Source: Octopus vulgaris (taxonomy: Eukaryota). Taken from it: DNA of 64,000 nucleotides. The stretch covers positions 95,170,001 to 95,234,000 of the forward strand of contig OX597822.1 in NCBI GenBank assembly GCA_951406725.2, written 5' to 3'. Under the pieces are notes generated by a model that was not told the DNA's origin, did not search any database, and was given only the letters and a program-made list of their open reading frames with translations. Of this stretch, positions 52,257 through 64,000 are shown piece by piece. The translations under genes were made by a program, and so were the position numbers. The stretch's first letter is position 1. The number at the start of each line of letters is the position of its first letter.

Positions 52257-54456
52257 AGAAATCTGTAATAACGACATTCAATGCATCTAGATATTCGTTT
52301 CGCTCATTCCAACTCCCAAAATTTGGTTTCTTGGATAATAGCACATCTAAAAACCAAAACATCACTCTTTTCATTGCTTTCTTCTGTGATCTAATTTTTT
52401 ATTTCGTTTGTCTTAATTTCTAACTATAACAACCTTTGGATGTTGGATCATGATAGGACCTGACTAAGTGATAAAATAATACTACTGCACAAGAGAAAAT
52501 GCTTTTATTCTTCGCAGGCAAAATCTCATCAGTTTCATTGAACTTGCCCGTTGAAAAACACATGTAAACGATAATGTTCCAAAGAAGTGTATGATCTTAA
52601 AACCATCTCATTGCTTTTATTCATTAATTTGATAGTTGTTTTTGCATGTTTAACCGGATGAACTTTCAAAAGTAACGCAAACACTCACGTATATATAACA
52701 ATAGGGGAACGAACAACGTTTCTATACATATTTATATATAGCGGTACTTACGTTTGTGACAGTGAAAAGAAATTAGATATTATCAAATATTATCAAATAA
52801 GAGAAATCTTAACAACTGCTTTATGTTACGGTGTAGGACCAGGCCAACCTTGATCAAGTTGTCTTAGGAGATAGATAGTCTTGCAAACAACAGGACGCTA
52901 TCAATTGATTTGGTGCTTAACATTTACCATTACATTGTGCACATTAGGTGCTAAGTGGCACGATGGAAATAATGCGTTTCTTTCATTGCTCATTCTCTTC
53001 ATATATTGCTATAAGTTCCAGTGATAGCTACAGAAGAGTTTTCTGAGGTGAACTTAGCTGGAGTGCAACAGCATAAATTCCTTTTCATGTAGTAATGAGG
53101 TATACTCCACAAGGATATCTGGGGAAAAAGGCAGGTATTAATGCTTAAATATAATGCTTAAACGTGGGATAAAATATCTTGTTCTGGCTCTTTATATTCT
53201 GTGTTCAAATCCCGCTAAAGTCAACTTTGCCTTTCAGTCTTGCGGGGTCGGTGCATAAAATAAGACCTTGTGCTTACATCAGAAACAATTATGTGGCTGT
53301 ATTCTCTAGATGAAGTGTTGGGGATAAAGTTTTTTTTATAGATGAAGTGTTGGGGATAAAGTCTTTTTTTGTAGTTGCGATCTAGTGCTTGAAAACGTTT
53401 CAAGGTGTTTACTAGAGATAGATTGAAGCTATAGTAACATGGATAATGTCTGCTGTTACAAACTATGCGTGAGCTGTTGGGAGATTTACAAAAAACCGTT
53501 AGCCCACTGGACTAAGTTGAGGGGATGAATTTGTTTTTAGAATTACGCTGTAGCTCCGATCTAATGCGTTGAGAATAATTCAAAGTGTTCCCGAGAGATG
53601 GATCGAAACTCTAGTAACATAGATTACATAGGTTAGGGCTTGCTGCTGTAACAAAATATGCTTGAACTCTTGGAAGATTGGCAAAAACACTAGACCTAAG
53701 GTTGGTTCAATAAGTCGTTAATGTTACATCATATTATATAAACAGCAGCTAGGAAATAATATGTCCAAAAACAAATATTTGGTTTAAGAATATAGAAAAG
53801 AAAGTTTGAAGCTCGTTAACAAGACAATGATATCACAGGAATGGTGAAAGAATAACGCAAAATGCCATGCACATATAATAGTGTCCAGATGAGAGATGAC
53901 TCGTCCTGGTCATTCTGGAGAGGAAGCTAATCTATTGTATATACTGCGGACTATTTCGGATAATCATTTAAACTGAAATACATAGAATTCCCTCCCTGTT
54001 TATTCTTGAAAGTGTTGATTTACAAATGTTCAAAAAGAGCTTTAATGGCCCCAGTCTCATCGGTCTAGAAAAGCCAATGATTGCTTTCTCGCTAGATCCA
54101 GCAATGAAAATAAGAAATAAAACCTTCCGCTCAGAGACATTTACATATAATCTGAAGTTGTGATTTACTTCCATGTTTATTCATCAAAACAGGATAGAAA
54201 AATTTAGTTTATAAATACTATTTTAAATTTATGTCCATTCATGTCAGCCTATTTCTATGTAGTGAAGATTAGACTATGTAACCGAATGGTGAATGCATAG
54301 CTCTAGGGGTTGGAAGTTTCGGTTATGATCATAAAGTCGTGAATTCAATTCTTCAAACAAGGCACTTTCTTTCCTGTTGCTCCAATCTACTTAGCAGTAA
54401 AAAAACGTCTTTGTGGGGAGTTAGAGTGTATTCTCGCCTGTTCGCTATTACATAGA

Positions 54457-55066
54457 CACCTAAAATAATGTTTTCTACTCTAGGCACAAGGCCCGAATTT
54501 TTTTGGGTAGGGAGCCAGTCGATTAGATCGAGCCCAGTACGCAACTAGTACTTAATTCATCGACCCCGAAAGGATAAAAGGCAAAGTCGACCGCGGTGGA
54601 ATTTGAACTCGGAACGTAAAGACAGACAAAATATCACTAAGCATTTCGCTCGGCGTGCTAACGTTTCTGCCAGCTAGCCACTTTAGGCACCTAAAATAAT
54701 CTTTTCTACTCTAGGCACAAGGCCCGAACATTTTTGGGGAGAGTACCAGTCGATTACATCCATCCCAGTGCGTAACGGTACTTATTTAATCGACCCCGAA
54801 AAGATGAAAGGCAAAGTCGGCCTCGGCGGAATTTGAACTCAGAACGTAACGGCAGGCGAAATACCTATTTCTTTACTACCCACAAGGGGCTAAACACAGA
54901 GGGGACAAACAAGGACAGACAAACGGATTAAGTCGATTATATCGACCCCAGTGCGTAAGTGGTACTTATTTAATCGTCCCCGAAAGGATGAAAGGCAAAG
55001 TCGACCTCGGCGGAATTTGAACTCAGAACGTAGCGCCAGACGAAATTCTGCCAGCTCGCCGCCTTA
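54457..55066 (-). mobile_element. Tandem array of three family C monomers
   Basis: cgaccccgaaaggatgaaaggcaaagtcg-like cores at about 54560, 54790 and 54975. Confidence 0.82.
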
Positions 55067-56156
55067 GACACAGAAAATAATGAGAAAACGCTGGCTGCAC
55101 TTCGCATTTTATTCAATATTATCTTCCTCTTTTTAAGACTGTGAGATATGATTTGAGAGAGATTTGGCTGCTATTTCTAACAGCTCAAACACACGTATTG
55201 TTAATAATCAAATGTGTGTAGAAACCAAAATAAAGTGGAACATTCGTACAAAAGCTGACCTTTATAGTTACAGTGGTCGGCACAGAATTATTATTTTATA
55301 CCAACTCCCCACTACCACAAAACTCATACAAACAGCAAAGTGCTGCAAAATTATTAATTATAGAAACGAGAAAATAGTTATTTATTCGTCTGAATAGATA
55401 AGTAACATGGCAAAGACCAATCAATGATCTGGCAAAATAAACAAGAAAAAAATTCTCTTGTGTAAATGATAAGCCAAAATAAAACAACATATTTTGTTCC
55501 ACAGAAAACTGTAATCTCTCTCCGCCATGCTATTTTCTGTTTTAATCTCATACAAGAGTGTGAAGTCTGAAGACGGAAAATGAAAATATTGATATTAGTG
55601 AATACGACTTTGAAAAATCATGCTTCTTATCTAAACAAATACTTTAAATACTTCATATTCACTGGGAAAATAACTGCTCTCAGAAATGATCATTTAATTA
55701 CAAATATTAACAACGGGAACAAAAAAAGTCTCTTCGCAGTATTATAAATACACTTTAGCTTTCAACCATTTTATTATCATCAAATTTCAGAGGAAACTCC
55801 GAATCATATACCATTCATACATAGTGTGATGACGCGTGGTTTAGCGATTAGGTATGTTGGATTGGATTGACGATCATAAGATTGCGAGTTCGATTCCTAG
55901 ACAAGGCATCGGGTTGTGTCCATGAGCAAAAAACCCTTTTGATTACAGTGTTCCACTCAACTCATCTGATATGAGGAGCAACCGTGTGCTGGCACAGCCC
56001 TATATCTCTCCTCCAGCCATCACATCATCGATGTTCTGCTGGGTCAGATATAAGAGGAAAGAGAGATGGCCTGTGTCTGTTGGTCACCACAAAAGCACTG
56101 AAAACAATTAGTGAAAAGCAAAGTTCATACCACTAAACCAGACCTACTTGCTAGTG

Positions 56157-56364
56157 ACTTGTTTCAGTCATTTGACAGTGGCAGTGCTGGAGCACCACCT
56201 TTAGTCGAGCAAATCGACCCCAGGACTTATTCTTTGTAAGCCTAGTACTTATTCTATCGGTCACTTTTGTCGAACCGCTAAGTTACGGTGGCGTAAGCAC
56301 ACCAGCATCAGTTGTCAAGCGATGTTGGGCGGACAAACACAGACACACAAACATATACACAGAC

Positions 56365-56405
<41 letters not shown>

Positions 56406-57080
56406 CATATATACATATATATATATCGTATATATATATATATACATATATATATATACGATGGGTTTTTTTCAGTTTCCGTCTACCAAATACACTCACA
56501 AGGCTTTGGTCGACCCGAAGCTATGGTAGAAGACACTTGCCCAAAGTGCCACGCAGTGGGACTGAACCCGGAACTATGTGGTTGGTAAACAAGCTACTTA
56601 CCACACAGCCACTCCTACTTTTTGCATATACATTGCCAGTAAATGAAAGAGATGTTGAACACTTGGTTAGGAGACCTAAATTCAGAAAATACTCTAAATA
56701 TAGAATAGGCACAGGTGTGGCTATGTGGTAAGAAGCTCGTTTCTCAACCATGTCACTTAGGTTCGGTCCCACTATGTGTCACCTTGGACAACTTTCTTCT
56801 ACTATAGCTTTATGCTTCAGGCCAACTAAAGCCTTGTGAGTGGATTTGGTTGACGAAAACTGAAAGAACACCATTGTGTGCGCATGTGTGTATGTGTGTG
56901 TGTCTGTGTGTTGATCAACCACCACCACTTGACGTACCGATACTTTTGCGGTTCGGCAAAAGACAGATAGAATAAATACTAGACTTTAATAAATAAATCC
57001 TGGGGCAGATTTATTTGACTAAAACCCTTTGAAATGGTACCCCAGTATGGCTGCATTCGAATGACTGAAGCAAAGAAAAG
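56157..57080. mobile_element. Head-to-head SINE family A pair
   Basis: Minus copy 56157-56617 and diverged plus copy 56707-57080. Confidence 0.8.
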
Positions 57081-57159
57081 AAATGAAGGGAAAGAAAAGA
57101 GTCGATTTCCTTCATAGGCACAAACCAGTTTTGATCGAACGAATCGATACCAGTATATT

Positions 57160-57372
57160 GATTTCAAAGCTTGGCACAAGGCCAGCAGTTTTGGAGGAGG
57201 AGATAAGTCGGTTACATCAAAACCAGTTCTCAACTGGTACTTATTCTATCGATCCAGAAAAGATGGAAAGTAAAGTCGACCTCGGCGGAATTTGAACTAA
57301 GAAAGTAAAGACGGACGAAATGCCGCTAAGCATTTCGATCGGTGAGCTAACGATTCTGCCAGCCCGCTGACT
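57160..57372 (-). mobile_element. SINE family C-type copy
   Basis: aaagtcgacctcggcggaatttgaact...gctaacgattctgccagc. Confidence 0.75.
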
Positions 57373-57945
57373 TATACAAATGTTTGATATTAAACTAGCG
57401 GAGAGCAATGAACTAGCAGAATCTTTAAACCGTTGGACACATTCTCTTACGGTACTTTTTCAGTTCTTTACGTTTTGTATTCAAATCCCTCTGATATCAA
57501 TTTTGCTTTCAGCCTCCTGATGTCGATAAACTGAAGTGCCTGTCAAGTACTGGGACTGATGATATCGACTAATCCCTTTCCCTCGAAATTCTTGTCGTTG
57601 TTGCTAAATCAGAGATAATTGTGGAAGAGATGAAGAAAAAGATGATGGAGGCGTAAAAGGCATCACTTTGCAAGAGTTCTAGGACGGTTTCGAATAGTAG
57701 AAAGCGAGTCTGAACCGATGCATTGCTTCAGATAGAGAATACCGTGAAGGCAATAAAAATATACTCTCGTAAAACTCAGTGAATAAAATAATATTGCAAA
57801 ATTCCGGTTTCTTTTGGGTACTCCCTCTTATATATGTCTACACACACACACATATACCTATATGTATGTATATATACACATATATATTTATAGATATATG
57901 CATTATATATATATATATATGTATATATATATTTATGAATACATG

Positions 57946-57999
<54 letters not shown>

Positions 58000-58005
<6 letters not shown>

Positions 58006-59684
58006 TGTTTGGCATCCTTTCTGTCTCGGGAGACAATGGAGTTGCGCATTTTTTTTTTTCTAGGTCTAGTCCGGCTGTTATATTTTATTTCCTGTTACAT
58101 TTCTTGCTGTGGCTGTGTAGTCCTATCCTGGACAAACACTCCCTCTGGCAGGTACTGCAAATGTAGCGAAGACTGTTCCTGGCTGATTGTAGTGCCATGG
58201 TCTCTTGTTTATGTCTCTTCCTTTCTTTCCATTTCTCCTCTCTCTTTCTGTCACTCCTCTGTATACCCTCTTTTACTGTACGTCGCCATTCTCCACGGTT
58301 GCCGGCGACTGCCTCCCAACCGCTAATGTTGATGTTGCAGGCCTTCATATCCCTTTTGCAAACATCCTTGTAACGCAAGATCGGTCTACCCACAGACCTA
58401 GTACCCCTAGCAAGCTCTCCGTAGAGTATGTCCTTGGGGATTCTGCCATCTTTCATACGGCTAACATGCCCAAGCCATCTCATACGTCTTTGTGTGAGGA
58501 GTGCAAACATGCTTGGTATTCCTGCTTGCCTGAGGACATCTTTGTTGGGGATATGATTCTGCCATTTGATGTGGAGGATTTTTCGGAGGCAGCGCAGGTG
58601 AAAGATGTTTAGGCGACGCTCTTGGCGTGTGTATAGCGTCCAGGTCTCGCTTCCATACAGTAGAGTGCTGAGTACACATGCCTGGTAGATCTTCATTTTT
58701 GTGGTCTTGGTCAGCTTATTGTTGTCCCAAGCCCGTTTGGAGAGTTGGGCCATCGCAGCAGCTGCCTTGCCAATGCGTATATTGAGCTCAGCGTCAAGGG
58801 ATAGGTTGTAGGTGACGGTAGAGCCCAGATAGGTAAACTTCTCCACCTCTTGTAATCTGTGGTCTCCAATATGTATGTTTGGGATGTCCGATGTAGCCTG
58901 GCCCATGATGTTGGTCTTCTTAAGGCTGATAGCTAAGCCAAAGTCGTTACATGCTTGCTCAAAACAGTTAATGAGCCTTTGGAGGGCTTCCTCTGTGTGT
59001 GTTACCAGAGCGGCATCATCAGCAAATAACATCTCCTTGATCAGGACGTTTCTGATTTTGGTCCTGGCACGCAGGCGCGAGAGATTGAACAGTTTCCCGT
59101 CACTTCTACTGTGCAGAAACACTCCATCATCTGATGTCTGAAAGGTATGTGACAGCAAGAGTGAGAAGAAGATGCCAAACAATGTAGGAGCGAGGACACA
59201 GCCTTGCTTTACCCTGTTTTTTTATTTGGAAGGCGGCTGATGTTGAACCGTTGTGCTGTATGGTGCCTTGCAAGTCATCATGGAAAGACTTGATGATCCT
59301 CAGCAGCTTTGGTGGACATCCGATTTTTTGGAGCAGGAGGAAGAGGCCTGTTCTGCTTACCGAGTCAAAAGCCTTTGTTAGATCAATGAAGGCCATATAT
59401 AATGGCATTTTCTGCTCTCTGGACTTCTCCTGAAGTTGGCGTATGGAGAATATCATATCGATAGTTGATCTGCTTCTTCTAAAGCCACACTGCGATTCCG
59501 GATAGATTCGAGAAGCAAGTAGTTGTAGCCTGGCCAGGATAACGCGGGCAAAGGTCTTTCCAACAGTGCTTAGAAGGGATATACCACGGTAATTGTTACA
59601 ATCACCACGGTCACCTTTGTTTTTGTAGAGCGTAATGATGTTGGCATCCCGCATATCCTGAGGGACTGTACCCTCTTCCCAGCA

Positions 59685-59687
<3 letters not shown>
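58000..59687 (-). mobile_element. 5'-truncated RTE-clade LINE (RT domain to 3' end), one frameshift
   Basis: KGDRGDCNNYRGISLL, QCGFR, FIDLTKAFDSV, LFADD, YLGS, LLYGSETW, RWLGHV and a C-terminal CxxC..H motif. Frameshift in an A-run at about 59217-59223. (TA)n on both sides. Confidence 0.95.
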
Positions 59688-59778
<91 letters not shown>

Positions 59779-60450
59779 CGCTACTTTACCATCCATGATT
59801 TTAGCTTGCGTGCAAACTAGATTACGTATACATATGTATACATGCATTTGTGTGTATATTTTAGCTTTATATTTATACGTCTGTATATGTATGGGGTTTG
59901 CACGCATCTATCTGTGTATGTTGATATATATGTATACTTTAATATGAATATGTATTTTTAATGCATTTCAATTTCCATGTATTAATTATATTTCCTTCAT
60001 TAAGGTCAATATGTATTTTATTCAATGTAAGGTTTTTCCTCGAATTTTATAATTTTTATATATACATATTTTTGAGCTCATTTTTGTTTATCGCTCGAAG
60101 ATTGACCGTTATTTCTAAAGGGTCAATCAAACAAGTCCATTTTTTAAAGGTGTAGCGTTTGTAATAGTCTGGATAGAATTGACATATCGGTTCCATTCTA
60201 GCAAAAACTGTCCGATGAACGGCAACGGGAAACAGGTTTTGTTGAATTTTCTGCTGCTTTAAATAAAGTATATATATATTTAGATATATGAATTATATAA
60301 ATAAATATATATATATATATTTATATATTTTAAAATATATGAATTATACATACATACATACATACATACATACATACATACACACTCATACACTAGGTCA
60401 TCTTCAGTCGTCTACAGGTACGCAGACGTACATGTATATTTATATATATT

Positions 60451-60610
60451 AGGACTGGCTGTGTGGTAAGTAGCTTGCTAACCAACCACATGGTTCCGGG
60501 TTCAGTCCCACTGCGTGGCATCTTGGGCAAGTGTCTTCTGCTATAGCCCCGGGCCGACCAATGCCTTGTGAGTGGATTTGGTAGACGGAAACTGAAAGAA
60601 GCCTGTCGTA

Positions 60611-60675
<65 letters not shown>

Positions 60676-60882
60676 TTGTCTGTGTTTGTCCCCCTAGCAT
60701 TGCTTGACAACCGATGTTGGTGTGTGTTTACGTCCCCGTCACTTAGCGGTTCGGCAAAAGAAACCGATAGAATAAGTACTTGGCTTACAAAGAATAAGTC
60801 CCGGGGTCGGTTTGCTCGACTAAAGGCGGTGCTCCAGCATGGCCGCAGTCAAATGACTGAAACAAGTAAAAGAGTAAAAGAG
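60451..60882 (+). mobile_element. SINE family A
   Basis: Full-length match. Confidence 0.9.
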
Positions 60883-61557
60883 TTATATGAACAAATTTGT
60901 GTGTAGGTAACAGAGTCCATTTTTGCGTATGGATATGAGTTGGTCTAATAGTAAGTGTGCAGTGCACAATGTTTTTGCAAGATATATTCATTGAGGTATT
61001 AATTAACGTCAGTGATTATTCTTTAAAATTAATGACGATTATTTTTTTACGCTTTTTCATGTACAATGTTGTAAATCTAATTAGTAATTGTCTCATCCCA
61101 GTTTTGCAAATAGCATTAGATCTATGATTTCACGAGGGCATCTAAAGAAAAACAGTCATGTCCGAAGCTGCTTCGTTTCACCAACGGAAATTATTAGAAT
61201 AGAAATAGTAACGAAGATAATGTTTTTTCTACCTCACATTGATATCGCTAATTTGAATTTTGATGCTAACTACGTCAAATACGTTAGCACCAGCTAAAAT
61301 ATTGTTAGTGCATACGTTCGCACATACATAAATTCTTGCACGCGCGCACACACACACACACATACACACACACGCACACACACTTTCTCTCTCTCACGTA
61401 CGCACGCACACACTCACAGATATGAACAAGTTTACTTGGAAAACAACTACAACACATTATTTGAAGTTGTAAATATTTAATAACAGATTGAGCCAGCTGC
61501 ACACTATTTAAAGTTTCGTACGCGCATACACACCAACATCATCAGACATACTGAATC

Positions 61558-61622
<65 letters not shown>

Positions 61623-61624
61623 CA

Positions 61625-61790
61625 TAGCTCAAATTTACAGAAAACAAAAGACGAAGACAGGTGTAGGAACAACAAGCAGGTGTATTAGTTTAACGCTTGG
61701 GAAGAATGGAAAAGTCTTTGACATTTCAAGCATACGCTCTTTGACAGAAAGGAATAAGAGGGGAAGCAAAAAAGAAACGGAGAGACAATG
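61625..61790 (-). mobile_element. Diverged family H repeat
   Basis: aaaagacgaagacaggtg...tgtattagt...tctttgacatttcaagcatacgctctttgacagaaag. Confidence 0.65.
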
Positions 61791-61906
61791 AAAAAAAAAA
61801 CAAAAAAACAAAACAAAAAAAATGGTGTGAGAAAAAATGTTCAGTTCAACGGTCCAACATGACGAGATGAACAGAAAAAAGAGACTGAATGAAAGGGAGA
61901 TAACAA

Positions 61907-61907
<1 letters not shown>

Positions 61908-61937
<30 letters not shown>

Positions 61938-61992
61938 TGTAGTAGTAGTAGTAGTAGAAGTAGTAGTAGTAGTAGTAGTAGTAATAATAATA

Positions 61993-61995
<3 letters not shown>
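61908..61995. repeat. Compound (CAG)n(TAG)n(TAA)n microsatellite
   Basis: Direct reading of the sequence. Confidence 0.9.
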
Positions 61996-62034
<39 letters not shown>

Positions 62035-62074
62035 GAACATACACATAAACATGCATTTTCATAGCATACTTATA

Positions 62075-62522
62075 TATTCTTTTTATTCTTTTATTCTTTT
62101 ACTTGTTTCAGTCATTTGACTGCGGCCATACTGGAGCACCGCCTTTAGTCGAGCAAATCGACACCGGGACTTATTCTTTGTAAGCCCAGTACTTATTCTA
62201 TCGGTTTCTTTTGCCGAACCGCTAAGTGACGGGGACGTAAACACACCAGCATCGGTTGTCAAGCAATGCTAGGGGGACAAACACAGACATACAAATACAC
62301 ACACACGCACACACACACAGACACACACACATACACACACACACAGATATATATATACATATATACGACAGGCTTCTTTCAGTTTCCGTCTACCAAATCC
62401 ACTCACAAAGCATTGGTCGGCTCGGGGCTATAGCAGAAGACACTTGCCCAAGATGCCACGCAGTGGGACTGAACCCGGAACCATGTGGTTAGTTAGCAAG
62501 CTACTTACCACACAGCCACTCC

Positions 62523-62526
<4 letters not shown>
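62075..62526 (-). mobile_element. SINE family A
   Basis: Full-length match. Confidence 0.9.
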
Positions 62527-62587
<61 letters not shown>

Positions 62588-62642
62588 CAAAAAATGGTGG
62601 GGTTGTGTTGACCGCAAGGAAAAATTATAAAAAGGCAGAATG

Positions 62643-62696
<54 letters not shown>

Positions 62697-62927
62697 GTGT
62701 GTATGCGTGTGTGTATTGAAATCCGAGTTAGTACTTGGAGATTCCTTTTCTTCATTCTTTGGTAACTGATTATATGATGTTCAAAGTATGTTTATGTACA
62801 AAGTTTGGGTTTGTTCAGAGCTATAGAAAACAACTTCGTGGCAATTTATCGGTTGCATGAAATGGTATATATTAGACAGGAAAAATAAAAAGACGTATAA
62901 AAATTATATAGGAATAAAAAAAATATA

Positions 62928-63348
62928 TGCAGGAGTGGCTGTGTGGTAAGTAGCTTGCTAACCAACCACATGGTTCCGGGTTCAGTCCCACTGCGTGGCA
63001 TCTTGGGCAAGTGTCTTCTGCTATAGCCCCGGGCCGACCAATGCCTTGTGAGTGGATTTGGTAGACGGAAACTGAAAGAAGCCTGTCGTATATATGTATA
63101 TATATATGTATATATATATATATATATGTGTTTGTGTGTCTGTGTTTGTCCCGCCAGCATTGCTTGACAACCGATGCTGGTGTGTTTACGTCCCCGTCAC
63201 TTAGCGGTTCGGCAAAAGCGACCGATAGAATAAGTACTGGGTTTACAAAGAATAAGTCCTGGGGTCGATTTGCTCGACTGAAGGCGGTGCTCCAGCATGG
63301 CCGCAGTCAAATGACTGAAACAAGTAAAAGAGTAAAAGAGTAAAGAGT
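62928..63348 (+). mobile_element. SINE family A
   Basis: Full-length match. Confidence 0.9.
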
Positions 63349-63464
63349 ATATGTAAATCCTACCTGATGAACTTACAAATATACAGAAATGTATGAAAAT
63401 TAATACACGGAATTGGTGTTCTGTAATTTTGATTCTATTCTTTTGTTGTAGTAAGATAAATGTT

Positions 63465-63890
63465 TATTACTCTTACTCTTTTACTCTTTTACTTGTTTCA
63501 GTCATTTGACTGCGGCCATGCTGGAGCACCGCCTTTAATCGAGCAACTCGACCCCCCCGGGACTTATTCTTTTGTAAGCCCAGTACTTATTCTATCGGTC
63601 TCCTTTGCCGAACCGCTAAGTGACGGGGACATAAACACACCAGCATCGGTTGTCAAGCAATGCTAGGGGGACAAACACACTCACACAAACACACACACGC
63701 ATATATATATATATATATACATATATACGACGGGCTTCTTTCAGTTTCCGTCTACCAAATCCACTCACAAGGCTTTGGTCGGCCCAAGGCTATAGTAGAA
63801 GACACTTGCCCAAGGTGCCACGCAGTGGGACTGAACCCGGAACCATGTGGCTGGTAAACAAGCTACTTACCACACAGCCACTCCTGCGCC
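63465..63890 (-). mobile_element. SINE family A
   Basis: Full-length match. Confidence 0.9.
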
Positions 63891-64000
63891 TGTTTGGAAA
63901 ACATACATAGAATTTAAGTTAAAATATTTTTTGTTTAGATGCGAATGTCCGCGTGTGAGTATGCATGTGTGTTTGTGTGTGTGTGTAAGTGTGTGTGTGT

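Overview
AT-rich, microsatellite-dense animal genomic DNA; the repeat families and tRNA-derived SINEs look like a coleoid cephalopod, probably Octopus (inference). The only host gene found is a minus-strand cholecystokinin/sulfakinin-type class A GPCR. Two coding exons (41856-42227, TM3-TM5; 13425-14020, ICL3 to C-terminus) join in frame across a 27.8 kb intron, and the TM1-TM3 exon(s) were not found. The rest is repeat DNA: three or more SINE families, RTE and HERO-like LINE pieces, Penelope-like (PLE) relics, non-autonomous Helitrons, foldback elements and local rearrangements. The best lead is a set of short, non-coding, (TA)n-embedded repeats carrying minimal hammerhead-ribozyme-like folds, including one family with a shared non-canonical core. 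There are also many intronic inverted repeats that could form dsRNA. Most ORFs in the track are microsatellite artefacts. All calls are by eye, and repeat boundaries are approximate.
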